From an uncultured Bacteroidales bacterium (GTDB taxonomy: Bacteria; Bacteroidota; Bacteroidia; Bacteroidales; JAAYJT01): 64,000 nt of DNA. Under the pieces are notes generated by a model. It was not told the DNA's origin. It worked only from the letters and a program-made list of their open reading frames with translations, and searched no databases. A program made the translations under genes and the position numbers. Below are positions 1 through 9,492 of this stretch, piece after piece (the stretch's first letter is position 1; each line of letters begins with the position of its first letter). The DNA lies in NCBI GenBank assembly GCA_964349765.1, contig CAYGGZ010000005.1, positions 15,918-79,917 of the forward strand, written 5' to 3'.

Positions 1-330
<330 letters not shown>

Positions 331-553
331 TCAATCGGATATTACTGACGATCAAATCAAACTACAAAATTAGGAAAAAATGCTTTTATCGGTCTCTAAA
401 AAAATGTTAAGCCACTTGCGAATGTTATTGATTGATTATCAGCGATAAACGATTTCAAAGTTTACTGGCTACCGCCGGGTTAACACTATTTAACAGGACA
501 TATATCAATTGATTACTCATAACCTACTATTTTCGTGGCCTGATTCATTCCGG

Positions 554-1324
554 ATGCGATCAATAATAATTTTCATTCTTTTAGCCGCAGCTCTTACAAC
601 GCGGGCACAGGAAGTAGACCTCTTTCACCTTCAGGGCAGGATGATTGATGTTTACGGCGAGATTATTGAATATGCCCATATAATCAACCTAAGCCGTAGC
701 ACAGGCGTTATCAGCGACAGGTCGGGCCGGTTTACTATCCCCGCCCGCGAAGGAGATAGCATCATGATATCGCACCTCACACACATATCCCGATTTTTAA
801 CTGCTGAGCGGCCTCCCGACGAATTTTCCGTTGTTGAGTTGGTGTTGTTACCCCGTGTTTTTGAACTTAGCGAATTGGTCATAAGGCCTTTACCGAGAAC
901 CAGGGCAGAGTTTCGGCATGAATTTAAAAATTTGCGGCTGCCCTCACCGCCCGAACCGGTAGATATCCGGATGCCGCATATAAGCACGTTTGTTTACACA
1001 GGTCCTGAACACGGTATGGGAGTTGTGATTAAAGGTCCATTTCAGGCATTGTACGATCAGTTTAGCAGAGAAGCGCGGCAGAGGCGAAAACTGGAATCCG
1101 AACTGGCTATAGAATTCGTAGCAAGAGAAGTCGCCAAACGGTACAACCCGCAATTGATAAAACGGGCTACCGGCCTGCACGACGATGAAGCCATAAGCCG
1201 CTTTATGGAGTTTTGCAACTTCGAGCCGTCGTTTATTCTTAGAGTTTCTGACTACGAACTGATAACAGCTATTTTGATATGCTTCGACAGGTATGCCCGT
1301 GTTTTCCCCGACAGCGTTCAATAA
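554..1324 (+). CDS. hypothetical secreted protein, N-terminal CarboxypepD_reg-like segment
   Basis: ORF 509-1324 begins with TTG. The first ATG (554) gives a signal-peptide-like MRSIIIFILLAAALTTRAQ. The following GRMIDVYGE..YAHIIN...GVISDRSGRFTIPAREGD resembles carboxypeptidase-regulatory-like domains. Confidence 0.45.
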   Translation: MRSIIIFILLAAALTTRAQEVDLFHLQGRMIDVYGEIIEYAHIINLSRSTGVISDRSGRFTIPAREGDSIMISHLTHISRFLTAERPPDEFSVVELVLLPRVFELSELVIRPLPRTRAEFRHEFKNLRLPSPPEPVDIRMPHISTFVYTGPEHGMGVVIKGPFQALYDQFSREARQRRKLESELAIEFVAREVAKRYNPQLIKRATGLHDDEAISRFMEFCNFEPSFILRVSDYELITAILICFDRYARVFPDSVQ

Positions 1325-1335
1325 GTCAGTATCGG

Positions 1336-2634
1336 CTATTTGCCTGCAACGGTTTCGAAGAAACTTTCAGGGTCAAGATAAACATTTGCTAACTCAAGCA
1401 ACCGTGGTGGTGTTATTGATTTGATAGTGTGTGCATACTGGTGGTAGTACTCAGCCGATTGCCCGTACTCCCAAGCTGCACGCAACCTTTCGGCAATGTC
1501 GAAAGGCCCGTCCATACTCCTCATAAGCGAGCCTAACAAGTAGTTTTTTACTGTATTCAATTCATCGTCACCAACAGGTTCGTTGCAAAGAAGTTTGATC
1601 TCCTTGCGGATTTCCTTCAGCGTAGCTTCTCTTACACCTATTCCAACCTGGCTCGCTATCACTAAAACACCGCTTTGTTGCATTGAGAAAAGCATTGAAT
1701 TTATTCCATAGGTGTAGCCCTTGTCTTCGCGAATATTTCTCATCAGGCGCGAACCAAAATAACCGCCCAGGATGGTGTTGAGAATAAAAAGTTCCTGGTA
1801 ATCGTCATGTGTACGGTTTATGACCGGTTTTCCGTAGCGGATGGCCGATTGAAGAACTCCATTTTTATTAATGAGGATCTGTTTACTTTCCGATGGTCGA
1901 ATTTGATAATCGGGAGTTACCTGAGCTGAAACAACGGTTGGATTAATATTACCAAGATGCTTTTCAATCTCCTCTTCAAAATCAGCGGGTATTAATCCGC
2001 TCACAAATATTGCAGTATTAGCCGGCTGGTAATAGTTGTGGTAAAATTTTCTGAGTATTTGTGAATCAAGCTGTTCGATGTCTTTGTGTTGAAGCCGCAT
2101 TCCATAAGGATGCGTTGAACCAAAGATTTGTTCAGCGAAATGAACACGGGCAAGGTACTTTACCTTTTCCAGATTTTCGCTGAAGGTTTGACGCTTTGTA
2201 GTCTTGTAAATCTCTACTTCTTCTTCTGGAAAGATTGCATCGGTAATTACCTCAGCCAACACAGGCAAGGTTTCTTTGTAAAATTTGTTAGTTGTAAACA
2301 AAGTAAGATATGCGTTATCTTTCTCCGTTCTGGTGTCGAGGTTCGACCCGTAAAATTCAAAATATTCCGAAATCTCGTCGGCTGTCCGACCCGATGTTCC
2401 GGCCGCAATCAGGCTATTGGCAGCGTTTGCAACTAATTTGAAGCTCTGGTAATAACTTCCTGCTTTGTATATCAGTTCGATTCTCAGCACAGGTTGCGTT
2501 CCTCCGGAAATAATATATACCGGGATTCCATTTGAAAGGTATATCCGCCTGCTTAAAGGGTTAGCGAAATATTCAACCAGATTGGCAGAGGGAGGTTTTG
2601 TTCGATCAATTGTCATAGCGGAGGTTTTTTGCAT
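1336..2634 (-). CDS. M16 family peptidase, non-catalytic-type subunit (no HxxEH motif)
   Basis: ORF 1336-2724. The internal Met (MQKTSAMTIDRTKPP) avoids most of the overlap with the upstream gene. Insulinase-like length and sequence, paired with the HxxEH-bearing gene upstream. Confidence 0.7.
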   Translation of the reverse strand: MQKTSAMTIDRTKPPSANLVEYFANPLSRRIYLSNGIPVYIISGGTQPVLRIELIYKAGSYYQSFKLVANAANSLIAAGTSGRTADEISEYFEFYGSNLDTRTEKDNAYLTLFTTNKFYKETLPVLAEVITDAIFPEEEVEIYKTTKRQTFSENLEKVKYLARVHFAEQIFGSTHPYGMRLQHKDIEQLDSQILRKFYHNYYQPANTAIFVSGLIPADFEEEIEKHLGNINPTVVSAQVTPDYQIRPSESKQILINKNGVLQSAIRYGKPVINRTHDDYQELFILNTILGGYFGSRLMRNIREDKGYTYGINSMLFSMQQSGVLVIASQVGIGVREATLKEIRKEIKLLCNEPVGDDELNTVKNYLLGSLMRSMDGPFDIAERLRAAWEYGQSAEYYHQYAHTIKSITPPRLLELANVYLDPESFFETVAGK

Positions 2635-3859
2635 AGTAGTAAAGTGTAGAGCAGTTTTCGCTGCGGAAAGTGCGTTTGGCGAAGTCGTGAATAGTATCCG
2701 GGGTAACTTCGCAGTAACGTTCAAGTTCCCGGTTAATCATTGAAGCATCGCCAAGCAATTCAAAATGACTAATATTAATAGCTTTTTCAACTACTTTGAT
2801 TTCGGAGAACAGCAAAAGCGATTCAACCCTGTTTTTCACTTTTTGTATTTCTCTTGGTTCGCACAGATGGTATGTTAGTTTTGCGACCTCTTCTTCAATT
2901 GCTGAGTTAGCTTGGGTCATATTAACTCCTTCCATTACTTTGCCCGAGACTACAAAAAGGCCCGGGTCGTTGCTTCCAGTTATGAAGGCGTTGATATCGC
3001 TGAAGAGTCGGCGTTTTTTTACCAGAGAAACATAGAGGCGTGCTGAGTCGCCAGCTGAAAGAATGTCGCTTGTGAGATCGGCCGTATAATAGTCGTGGTT
3101 GAGCCGCTGGCCAATATGCCAGGCCTTGTAAATGGCATGGTGTGGTACTGGTTTTTCGACTTCGAGGAGGCGGGCTTCGGCTTGAACAGGCTCCTGTGGC
3201 AGCGTACGCAGTGGCTTGACTCTGGCCGGGATGTCGCCAAACCATTTCTTGCAAAGCTCCTTTATCTCTTCAATAGTTACTGGCCCGGCAAGGGTAAGTA
3301 TAGCATTTGAAGGATGATAAAAGCGACGGAAAAAATCTTTCACATCACTCATGGCGGCTGATTCGATATGATTGATGTCTGCCCCTATAGTTGACCAGCG
3401 ATACGGATGAACCTTGTACGCCAATGGGCGCAGAAGCAACCATGCATCGCCATACGGCTGATTGAGATGTGTTTGACGAAACTCTTCTTTGACGACGTTT
3501 TTTTGAACCTTCAGGCTTTTCGCTGAGAACGCAAGCCCCATCATCCTGTCGGACTCAAGCCAAAAGGCAGTTTCAATATTTGGTTTGGGAACCGACAAAT
3601 GATAGCATGTAATATCGTTGGAGGTAAAAGCATTGTTTTCGCCACCTACTTTCTCAAGCGGTTCATCGTAGCGGGGGATATTTACCGATCCGCCAAACAT
3701 CAGGTGTTCAAACAGATGGGCAAAACCCGTACGATTGGGATCTTCGTCGCGTGCACCTACATCATACAAAACACTCATTGCCACTATGGGGGTTGTAAAA
3801 TCCTGATGAACAAGAACCTTCAACCCATTGGGCAGTTCAAAGCGCTCGAAATTTATCAT
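2606..3859 (-). CDS. M16 (pitrilysin/insulinase) family zinc peptidase
   Basis: 417 aa with an N-terminal GFAHLFEHLMFGG (HxxEH zinc motif). Co-oriented with a second M16 gene. Confidence 0.85.
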   Translation of the reverse strand: MINFERFELPNGLKVLVHQDFTTPIVAMSVLYDVGARDEDPNRTGFAHLFEHLMFGGSVNIPRYDEPLEKVGGENNAFTSNDITCYHLSVPKPNIETAFWLESDRMMGLAFSAKSLKVQKNVVKEEFRQTHLNQPYGDAWLLLRPLAYKVHPYRWSTIGADINHIESAAMSDVKDFFRRFYHPSNAILTLAGPVTIEEIKELCKKWFGDIPARVKPLRTLPQEPVQAEARLLEVEKPVPHHAIYKAWHIGQRLNHDYYTADLTSDILSAGDSARLYVSLVKKRRLFSDINAFITGSNDPGLFVVSGKVMEGVNMTQANSAIEEEVAKLTYHLCEPREIQKVKNRVESLLLFSEIKVVEKAINISHFELLGDASMINRELERYCEVTPDTIHDFAKRTFRSENCSTLYYYAKNLRYDN

Positions 3860-4030
3860 TTGTTTAAATTATTATCATTTGGTAGAACAAAGCTGCAAAG
3901 GTAATGGTTTGAAGGTGCTGAAAATTTTTGCAAAATAAGGAAGGGTTGAACCCAGATTACGCAATTGCATTGCGTAAACGATTAAGAAAATGTAATTCAG
4001 CAATTTAAAATTGCTTCAAACATTTTCTAA

Positions 4031-4100
4031 ATCGGGGTTACCCTCATGGAATCAATAGTTCAGCCCTAACGGACTTTCTATTGATTAATTCGGGTTGAAC
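4031..4100 (+). repeat. intergenic hairpin repeat family, copy 1 (hairpin B only)
   Basis: aatcggggttaccctcatggaatcaatagttcagccctaacggactttctattgattaattcgggttgaa; about 85-90% identical to 5062-5130 and to the reverse complement of 20921-20990. Contains a 9-bp stem aatcaatag/ctattgatt. Confidence 0.85.
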
Positions 4101-4124
4101 GTATTTTTTGCATATTTTTGAAGA

Positions 4125-5033
4125 ATGAAACATCCGGTTATTCATCTTAGTGAACCCTTCCACCAGAATATGCTCCGGGTACTCGATAGCTATCACGCGT
4201 ATGCTGTGCGCTACCTGGCGCAGGATCTGAAACAGCATGAGAATATACACCAAACACGGTTGTGTTTCAAAAGATTACGAAGTTTGCTCAGGCTCGGAAG
4301 GTTTGGTCTTGGGAAAACTGTTTATCAGCAGTTCAATTTTTTTTACCGCGATCAGGCGCGAAAATTATCAGGACTTAGGGATCAAACAGTTTTGTTGCAG
4401 CACCTTGTTCCTTTAATCCGAAGCCGGCGTTCGAAACCTGTGCAGCAAGCCCTTATGGTTATGCACGACGATTTATTGAGCCAGCGAAAAGAACAGATTG
4501 CCAGATTTCACGAATCCGGCGTTATGGGGCAGGTGCGATCGGCGCTGATCGATGCAGAGCAACACCTCCACTCAATTGAGTTCGCTGTAAAAGAATCGGA
4601 TATTTTCATCAAAGGAATAATAAATGTGTATGAGCAAGCACGGAGAGATTTCCGCAGCCTTGCTCTGCCCGGCGGCATGAACGACATCATGATGCACGAC
4701 TGGCGAAAACAAGTAAAATACCTTTGGTATCAAATTGCACTGATGAACCAACTATGGCCAAACATGATGAACGCCTGGAGCAATGAAACAAAAGAACTAA
4801 GCAAATTACTCGGTTTACATCATGATATGTTTTTGTTGCAGCAGGCAATTGATAATTACAGCAAGTCGTTCAGTCCAAATCTCTTTAAAAACCTAAACAA
4901 CAGTATTGCAACAAAAAAGCGAAAATTGGAAACGCTGTCGCTTGATCTGGGGTCGAAACTGTTTGCCGAAAAACCATCGGCGTTGAAAATCAGGCTTGGG
5001 TCATTCCTATCCGCATGCAAACAGGTTCATTAA
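4125..5033 (+). CDS. CHAD domain-containing protein
   Basis: 302 aa, all-helical. HQTRLCFKRLRSLLRL and WRKQVKYLWY match the conserved His/Arg helices of CHAD domains. Confidence 0.7.
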   Translation: MKHPVIHLSEPFHQNMLRVLDSYHAYAVRYLAQDLKQHENIHQTRLCFKRLRSLLRLGRFGLGKTVYQQFNFFYRDQARKLSGLRDQTVLLQHLVPLIRSRRSKPVQQALMVMHDDLLSQRKEQIARFHESGVMGQVRSALIDAEQHLHSIEFAVKESDIFIKGIINVYEQARRDFRSLALPGGMNDIMMHDWRKQVKYLWYQIALMNQLWPNMMNAWSNETKELSKLLGLHHDMFLLQQAIDNYSKSFSPNLFKNLNNSIATKKRKLETLSLDLGSKLFAEKPSALKIRLGSFLSACKQVH

Positions 5034-5034
5034 A

Positions 5035-5130
5035 CCCCGATTAAGCATTTGACAACACTAAATCGGGATTACCCCCAGGAATCAATAGTTCAACCCGGAC
5101 GGACTTTCTATTGATTAATTCGGGTTGAAA
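5035..5130 (+). repeat. intergenic hairpin repeat family, copy 2 (hairpins A+B)
   Basis: cccgattaagcatttgacaacactaaatcggg (stem cccgatt/aatcggg) followed by the aatcaatag...ctattgatt hairpin. Same orientation as copy 1. Confidence 0.85.
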
Positions 5131-5211
5131 TAAGATGTTTTTTTCTCGTCTGTAACATTTAATACCGATAATCGTCATAAACCTGTAAATTCGTGGAGAC
5201 AATAAGCGCTG

Positions 5212-5697
5212 ATGACTGTTGCTGAATACAACAATTGCGTTGATAATTATGCCGATAGCGTGTATCGCTTCATTTTGAAAAATATTTGCGATGAGGAGAA
5301 AGCCCGCGATGTTGTGCAGGAGGCATTCCTTCGGCTATGGGAGCGTCGCAGCGAAGTAAAAGGGGGGAAATCGAAATCGTATCTTTTCACTGTAGCGTAT
5401 CACTCTATGATAGATGTGATTCGCAAAGATAAAAGGCAAATCCCTTTAGAAGAGCATCACAATCAGGATATTTGTTACGAAACGCCTGCTTTCGATCTTC
5501 AGCAGGTGCTTCACGAAGCACTTGACAAACTTCCGGCCATACAAAAATCGGTTGTGCTGTTGCGCGACTATGAAGGATACAGCTATGAAGAAATAGGTGA
5601 GATTACAGGGCTAAACGAATCGCAGGTGAAAGTTTATATCTACCGCGCCAGAGTGTGGTTGAAGAATTATATTGGAAGTTTGCAAAACGTAATATGA
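5212..5697 (+). CDS. ECF-type RNA polymerase sigma-70 family factor
   Basis: 161 aa. Region 2 (VVQEAFLRLWERR, YLFTVAYHSMIDVIRK) and region 4 (YEEIGEITGLNESQVKVYIYRAR). Confidence 0.9.
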   Translation: MTVAEYNNCVDNYADSVYRFILKNICDEEKARDVVQEAFLRLWERRSEVKGGKSKSYLFTVAYHSMIDVIRKDKRQIPLEEHHNQDICYETPAFDLQQVLHEALDKLPAIQKSVVLLRDYEGYSYEEIGEITGLNESQVKVYIYRARVWLKNYIGSLQNVI

Positions 5698-6854
5698 TGA
5701 TACAAATTAATATTCATAACTACGAAGCTTTCTTTCTCGACTACATCGAAGAACGGCTCACACCGCAGCAAACCGATGCCCTGTTGCTTTTTTTGAAATC
5801 CAATCCCCATCTTAGGGATGAATTGTATGAGATAAATAAATTTGTGGTTCACCCAAACAATAACATATTTTTCAGTGGAAAAGAACAATTGAAACAAATT
5901 GCGATCAAGCCCGCTGGCGGTTTGAATGCCTCCAACTATGAACTCGCCTTTGCTGCTGCCACTGAAAACGACCACTTACCGGATCAGAAAAAGCAACTTG
6001 ACGATTTTCTGAAAGCCAATCCGGAATTGAAGAGCGCTTATTACATGATGAAACAATGTATCCTAAAACCAGATAAGGACGTTGTTTATCCTGATAAAGC
6101 CATACTTAAAAGGCGAACCGTATTTCAGCTTTCCAACTGGCGAAAGCAAATCAGCATTATCGCGGTTGCTGCATCTCTGGCACTTTTGGCCGGAATATAC
6201 CTGATTCTTCAACCGGATCGGACTATTGAACATCAAATCGCCAACCAGCCTGTAGAACCTTTGAATCAGACCACTGAGAATGTTGTTGTTAATGAACTCC
6301 CCGACATCAAAGTTACTATTGATGAATATGATGCAATAAAGGCTGAACAAGTAACTCAGACGCAACAAATTGATCTTTCTCTAAAACAATTGGCCGAAAC
6401 CGTCGTACATGATGAATCCATGATGATAGCTCGCCGTATGGGAGAGATCGCAACTATCGAACCTTTATCTGCTGCTAAAGTTCTACTTATTCCGGCAATA
6501 ACTCTGCATCTTGATACACGGAATGAAATGTCAATCTACTTCAACGATGTGATGCTTGCCCAGGGTATTCGCCATAATGAGTTGCCTGAAGAAAAGGGTA
6601 CGATCCGAATGCTCGCGTTCGGCGGTTCGATTTTAAGAAATATCTTCAATCCTGGCGAAACATATTCTCAACCCGTGCTAAGCAAAATAAACTGGTGGGA
6701 ACTTGTTGATGCCGGAGTAAGTGGCTTTGCCTTCCTGGCAAGCTCAGATGTTGATTTTCGAAAACAGACCGACGAAACTGGAAGATTGGAAGCTATTGCT
6801 CTTGATGTACGATCGCTAAGTATCTCGCATACGATGCCCGAAAGAGACAAATAA
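5694..6854 (+). CDS. putative anti-sigma factor / membrane protein
   Basis: Its ATG overlaps the sigma gene's TGA (ATGA, 5694-5697). Has one central TM segment (ISIIAVAASLALLAGIYLIL). The position immediately after an ECF sigma gene is typical of anti-sigma factors. No sequence family recognised. Confidence 0.5.
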   Translation: MMIQINIHNYEAFFLDYIEERLTPQQTDALLLFLKSNPHLRDELYEINKFVVHPNNNIFFSGKEQLKQIAIKPAGGLNASNYELAFAAATENDHLPDQKKQLDDFLKANPELKSAYYMMKQCILKPDKDVVYPDKAILKRRTVFQLSNWRKQISIIAVAASLALLAGIYLILQPDRTIEHQIANQPVEPLNQTTENVVVNELPDIKVTIDEYDAIKAEQVTQTQQIDLSLKQLAETVVHDESMMIARRMGEIATIEPLSAAKVLLIPAITLHLDTRNEMSIYFNDVMLAQGIRHNELPEEKGTIRMLAFGGSILRNIFNPGETYSQPVLSKINWWELVDAGVSGFAFLASSDVDFRKQTDETGRLEAIALDVRSLSISHTMPERDK

Positions 6855-6940
6855 AATACTCACCTGCATTGTAACAATAGGATGGGTTGTTCCGTCTCAA
6901 AAGCAGTAATCACAAAAATTCAAATTAAAAACACTGCAAA

Positions 6941-8479
6941 ATGAAAAGGATTATAATTTTTCTAATTGTATTATTGACAATTACGTCTGTAGTTCCGGCT
7001 TTTTCTCAAAGTCCTGCCCGAAGTGGAAATATTACAATTACTGAACATCAGGTAGATCCATTTACCGTTATTAAGGTTGGAGGAGCGTTCAATGTGATCC
7101 TGCAAAAAGGAGAAGCCCAAAAAGTTAGGGTCGAAACTGACGAAAATCTGCATCCAAAGATTCACATTGATGTAGCAGATAACGTTCTTTCGATAAGATC
7201 TGCAGGAATGCGAAGTCCAACTAAACTTAATGTATATGTTACTTATACCAGCCTTGAATCTGTTGATGGAAGCGGCGCTGCAAATATAAGTTCCAATGAG
7301 CCTGTGGAATCCGACAAATTCAGCATTGACCTTTCTGGCGCCGCTTCGGTTGATTTGGAGTTCAAAACAAACCATCTTACAACCAGCCTCTCGGGTGCAT
7401 CGAATGCCAGGCTTTCTGGTGAAGCAACGTTGCATGAATCAGCAACAAGTGGTGCATCGCAATTGCAAGCAGGCAGCCTGATAACTCAGGTAACAAATAT
7501 CAGTTTATCCGGTGCCTCCAGTGGTTACATTAAAACTACCGATACCACTAAATATGATATTACCGGAGCTGCTACCTTAACATATACCGAAAAAGACGAA
7601 ACCGCTAAGGCTGATGCCACAGGGCGGATAGACGAAATAATAACTGATCCGGTTAAAACAGATTCATTGTCAACCAGGGAAATAAACGTAACCACTGAAG
7701 AGAAAGGCGATACAATCAGAATACGTTTAGGCAGTATTAATATCAATGTACATGATAGCGACACAGATACGCTTGCAGTGAACAACGATCGAATCCAGAT
7801 TGAGGTTGAACAAAACATAGAAATGAAGGAGGAAGAAAATGACAAGGAACGATTCAATGGTCATTGGGCTGGAATATATTTAGGAATCAACGGCTATACT
7901 ACTGCTAAGCCGAGCCTCAACATGCCACCGGGATACGATTTCCTCGATCTGCGGTACTATAAGTCAATAAATTTTCAGTTGAATCTGCTTGAGCAAAACC
8001 TAAACCTGATTGATAACAAACTTGGATTAGTTACCGGATTAGGCCTGGAGTGGAACAATTACCGCTTTGGCAACAATATCCGGTTTGATCACACAAAACC
8101 AACTCTCGAAGGATTTGCCGATACTTCAAAAAACTTTACTAAGAGCAAAATGGTGGTAAGGTGGCTGAACCTACCCTTGATGATCGAGTTCCAGAGCAAT
8201 CAGGGAAGGAATAATAATAAATTTCACATAGCAGCAGGCGTTGTTGGCGGTGTGAGGATAGGGTCGCATACTAAGATGGTAGCAGAAAATGGGGGGAATG
8301 AGGTAGATAAGACCTATGAGCGTTTTCATCTTAGCCCACTAAAGGCCGATGCTACAGTCAGGTTGGGTTGGGGCATTTTTAATTTGTATGCAAATTATTC
8401 GCTAACATCACTTTTTGTTAGAGACAAAGCCCCGGGGTTGTATCCTTTTTCAATGGGATTAAACCTGATTGCGTTCTGA
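6941..8479 (+). CDS. DUF2807 (GIN-domain, adhesin-head-like) protein fused to an outer-membrane beta-barrel (porin-family) domain
   Basis: Signal peptide; repetitive beta-solenoid-like SGA(A/S)..L segments typical of DUF2807. The C-terminus (WAGIYLGINGY ... LYANYSLTSLF ... GLNLIAF) has alternating beta-barrel character and ends in F. Confidence 0.6.
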   Translation: MKRIIIFLIVLLTITSVVPAFSQSPARSGNITITEHQVDPFTVIKVGGAFNVILQKGEAQKVRVETDENLHPKIHIDVADNVLSIRSAGMRSPTKLNVYVTYTSLESVDGSGAANISSNEPVESDKFSIDLSGAASVDLEFKTNHLTTSLSGASNARLSGEATLHESATSGASQLQAGSLITQVTNISLSGASSGYIKTTDTTKYDITGAATLTYTEKDETAKADATGRIDEIITDPVKTDSLSTREINVTTEEKGDTIRIRLGSININVHDSDTDTLAVNNDRIQIEVEQNIEMKEEENDKERFNGHWAGIYLGINGYTTAKPSLNMPPGYDFLDLRYYKSINFQLNLLEQNLNLIDNKLGLVTGLGLEWNNYRFGNNIRFDHTKPTLEGFADTSKNFTKSKMVVRWLNLPLMIEFQSNQGRNNNKFHIAAGVVGGVRIGSHTKMVAENGGNEVDKTYERFHLSPLKADATVRLGWGIFNLYANYSLTSLFVRDKAPGLYPFSMGLNLIAF

Positions 8480-8674
8480 TGTTGGATATTGCGTAGAATA
8501 AGAGCCACATACATAAAACCGTTTCGCAACAGCATAATTTTTCGCCTCCGACAGTGCGCTTGCAGCAGCTTATTTCTAAAGCTCACGGTGTGGCCGGTTT
8601 ATAGAGACGATTAGAGGAAGTTTCGTAATTTTACGCCCTGTTTCAATCAAACACAAAATTATACGGAAGATTCT

Positions 8675-9418
8675 ATGTCGGGTCACAGTAAATGGGCAAC
8701 CATAAAAAGAAAGAAAGGCGCAATTGACGCCAAGCGGTCAAAAATATTTTCGAAAGTTATCAAGGATATTAATGTTGCTGTAAAGGATGGAGGTCCCGAC
8801 CCTGACGGCAACGCAAGACTGCGTCTTGCAATTTCTAACGCACGGGGTTGCAATATGCCTAAAGATAACATCCTGAGAGCTATTAATAAAGCTTCGGATA
8901 AGGATGCAGCAAGCTTTTCTGAAATCTCCTACGAAGGATATGCTGCACATGGAATAGCCGTGTACGTTGAATGCACAACCGATAACGTTCAACGCACCGT
9001 AGCCAATGTTCGTTCATACTTCAACAAATATGGAGGCAACCTTGGAACCAACGGTTCGCTAAATTTTCTGTTCGACCACAAAGGGGTTTTCACGGTTCCA
9101 CACGGCAATCTAAATCAGGATGAGTTTGAGATGGAACTTATTGACGCAGGAGCCGAGGATTTACAGCTCGAAGATGGTTTTTTTACCATCACAACCGGAA
9201 TGGAAAAATTTGGCCCGATGATGAAAAAGCTCGAATCCTTAGGTGTTGAACCCGAAAATGCTGGCTTACAGCGTATTCCGAAAGAGGTGGTGAAACTGGA
9301 CAGCAATGCCGCCCGAAGAGTTTTGAAACTTATCGAAGTTTTTGAAGAGGACGACGATGTGCAGAATGTTTATCACAACCTCGATATTTCGGATGAGCTT
9401 ATGTCGGAGATAGGATAA
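8675..9418 (+). CDS. yebC: YebC/PmpR family DNA-binding transcriptional regulator
   Basis: MSGHSKWATIKRKKGAIDAKRSKIFSK... is the canonical N-terminus; 247 aa. Confidence 0.95.
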   Translation: MSGHSKWATIKRKKGAIDAKRSKIFSKVIKDINVAVKDGGPDPDGNARLRLAISNARGCNMPKDNILRAINKASDKDAASFSEISYEGYAAHGIAVYVECTTDNVQRTVANVRSYFNKYGGNLGTNGSLNFLFDHKGVFTVPHGNLNQDEFEMELIDAGAEDLQLEDGFFTITTGMEKFGPMMKKLESLGVEPENAGLQRIPKEVVKLDSNAARRVLKLIEVFEEDDDVQNVYHNLDISDELMSEIG

Positions 9419-9440
9419 GTTTGCTTTTATGTAAAAACAA

Positions 9441-9480
9441 AGCCTGCCAGGCTCGTGCCATGGCAGGCTTAACTTTTTAT
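9441..9480. terminator. bidirectional rho-independent terminator between convergent yebC and ackA
   Basis: Stem agcctgcca (9441-9449) / tggcaggct (9461-9469), flanked by an A-run upstream and a T-run downstream. Confidence 0.7.
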
Positions 9481-9492
9481 TTTTAAACAGGC

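Noticed and set aside
4044-4253. 69-aa minus-strand ORF overlapping the start of the CHAD gene
   Set aside because: Half of it is the translation of intergenic repeat copy 1, and it overlaps the well-supported CHAD gene. It is therefore spurious.
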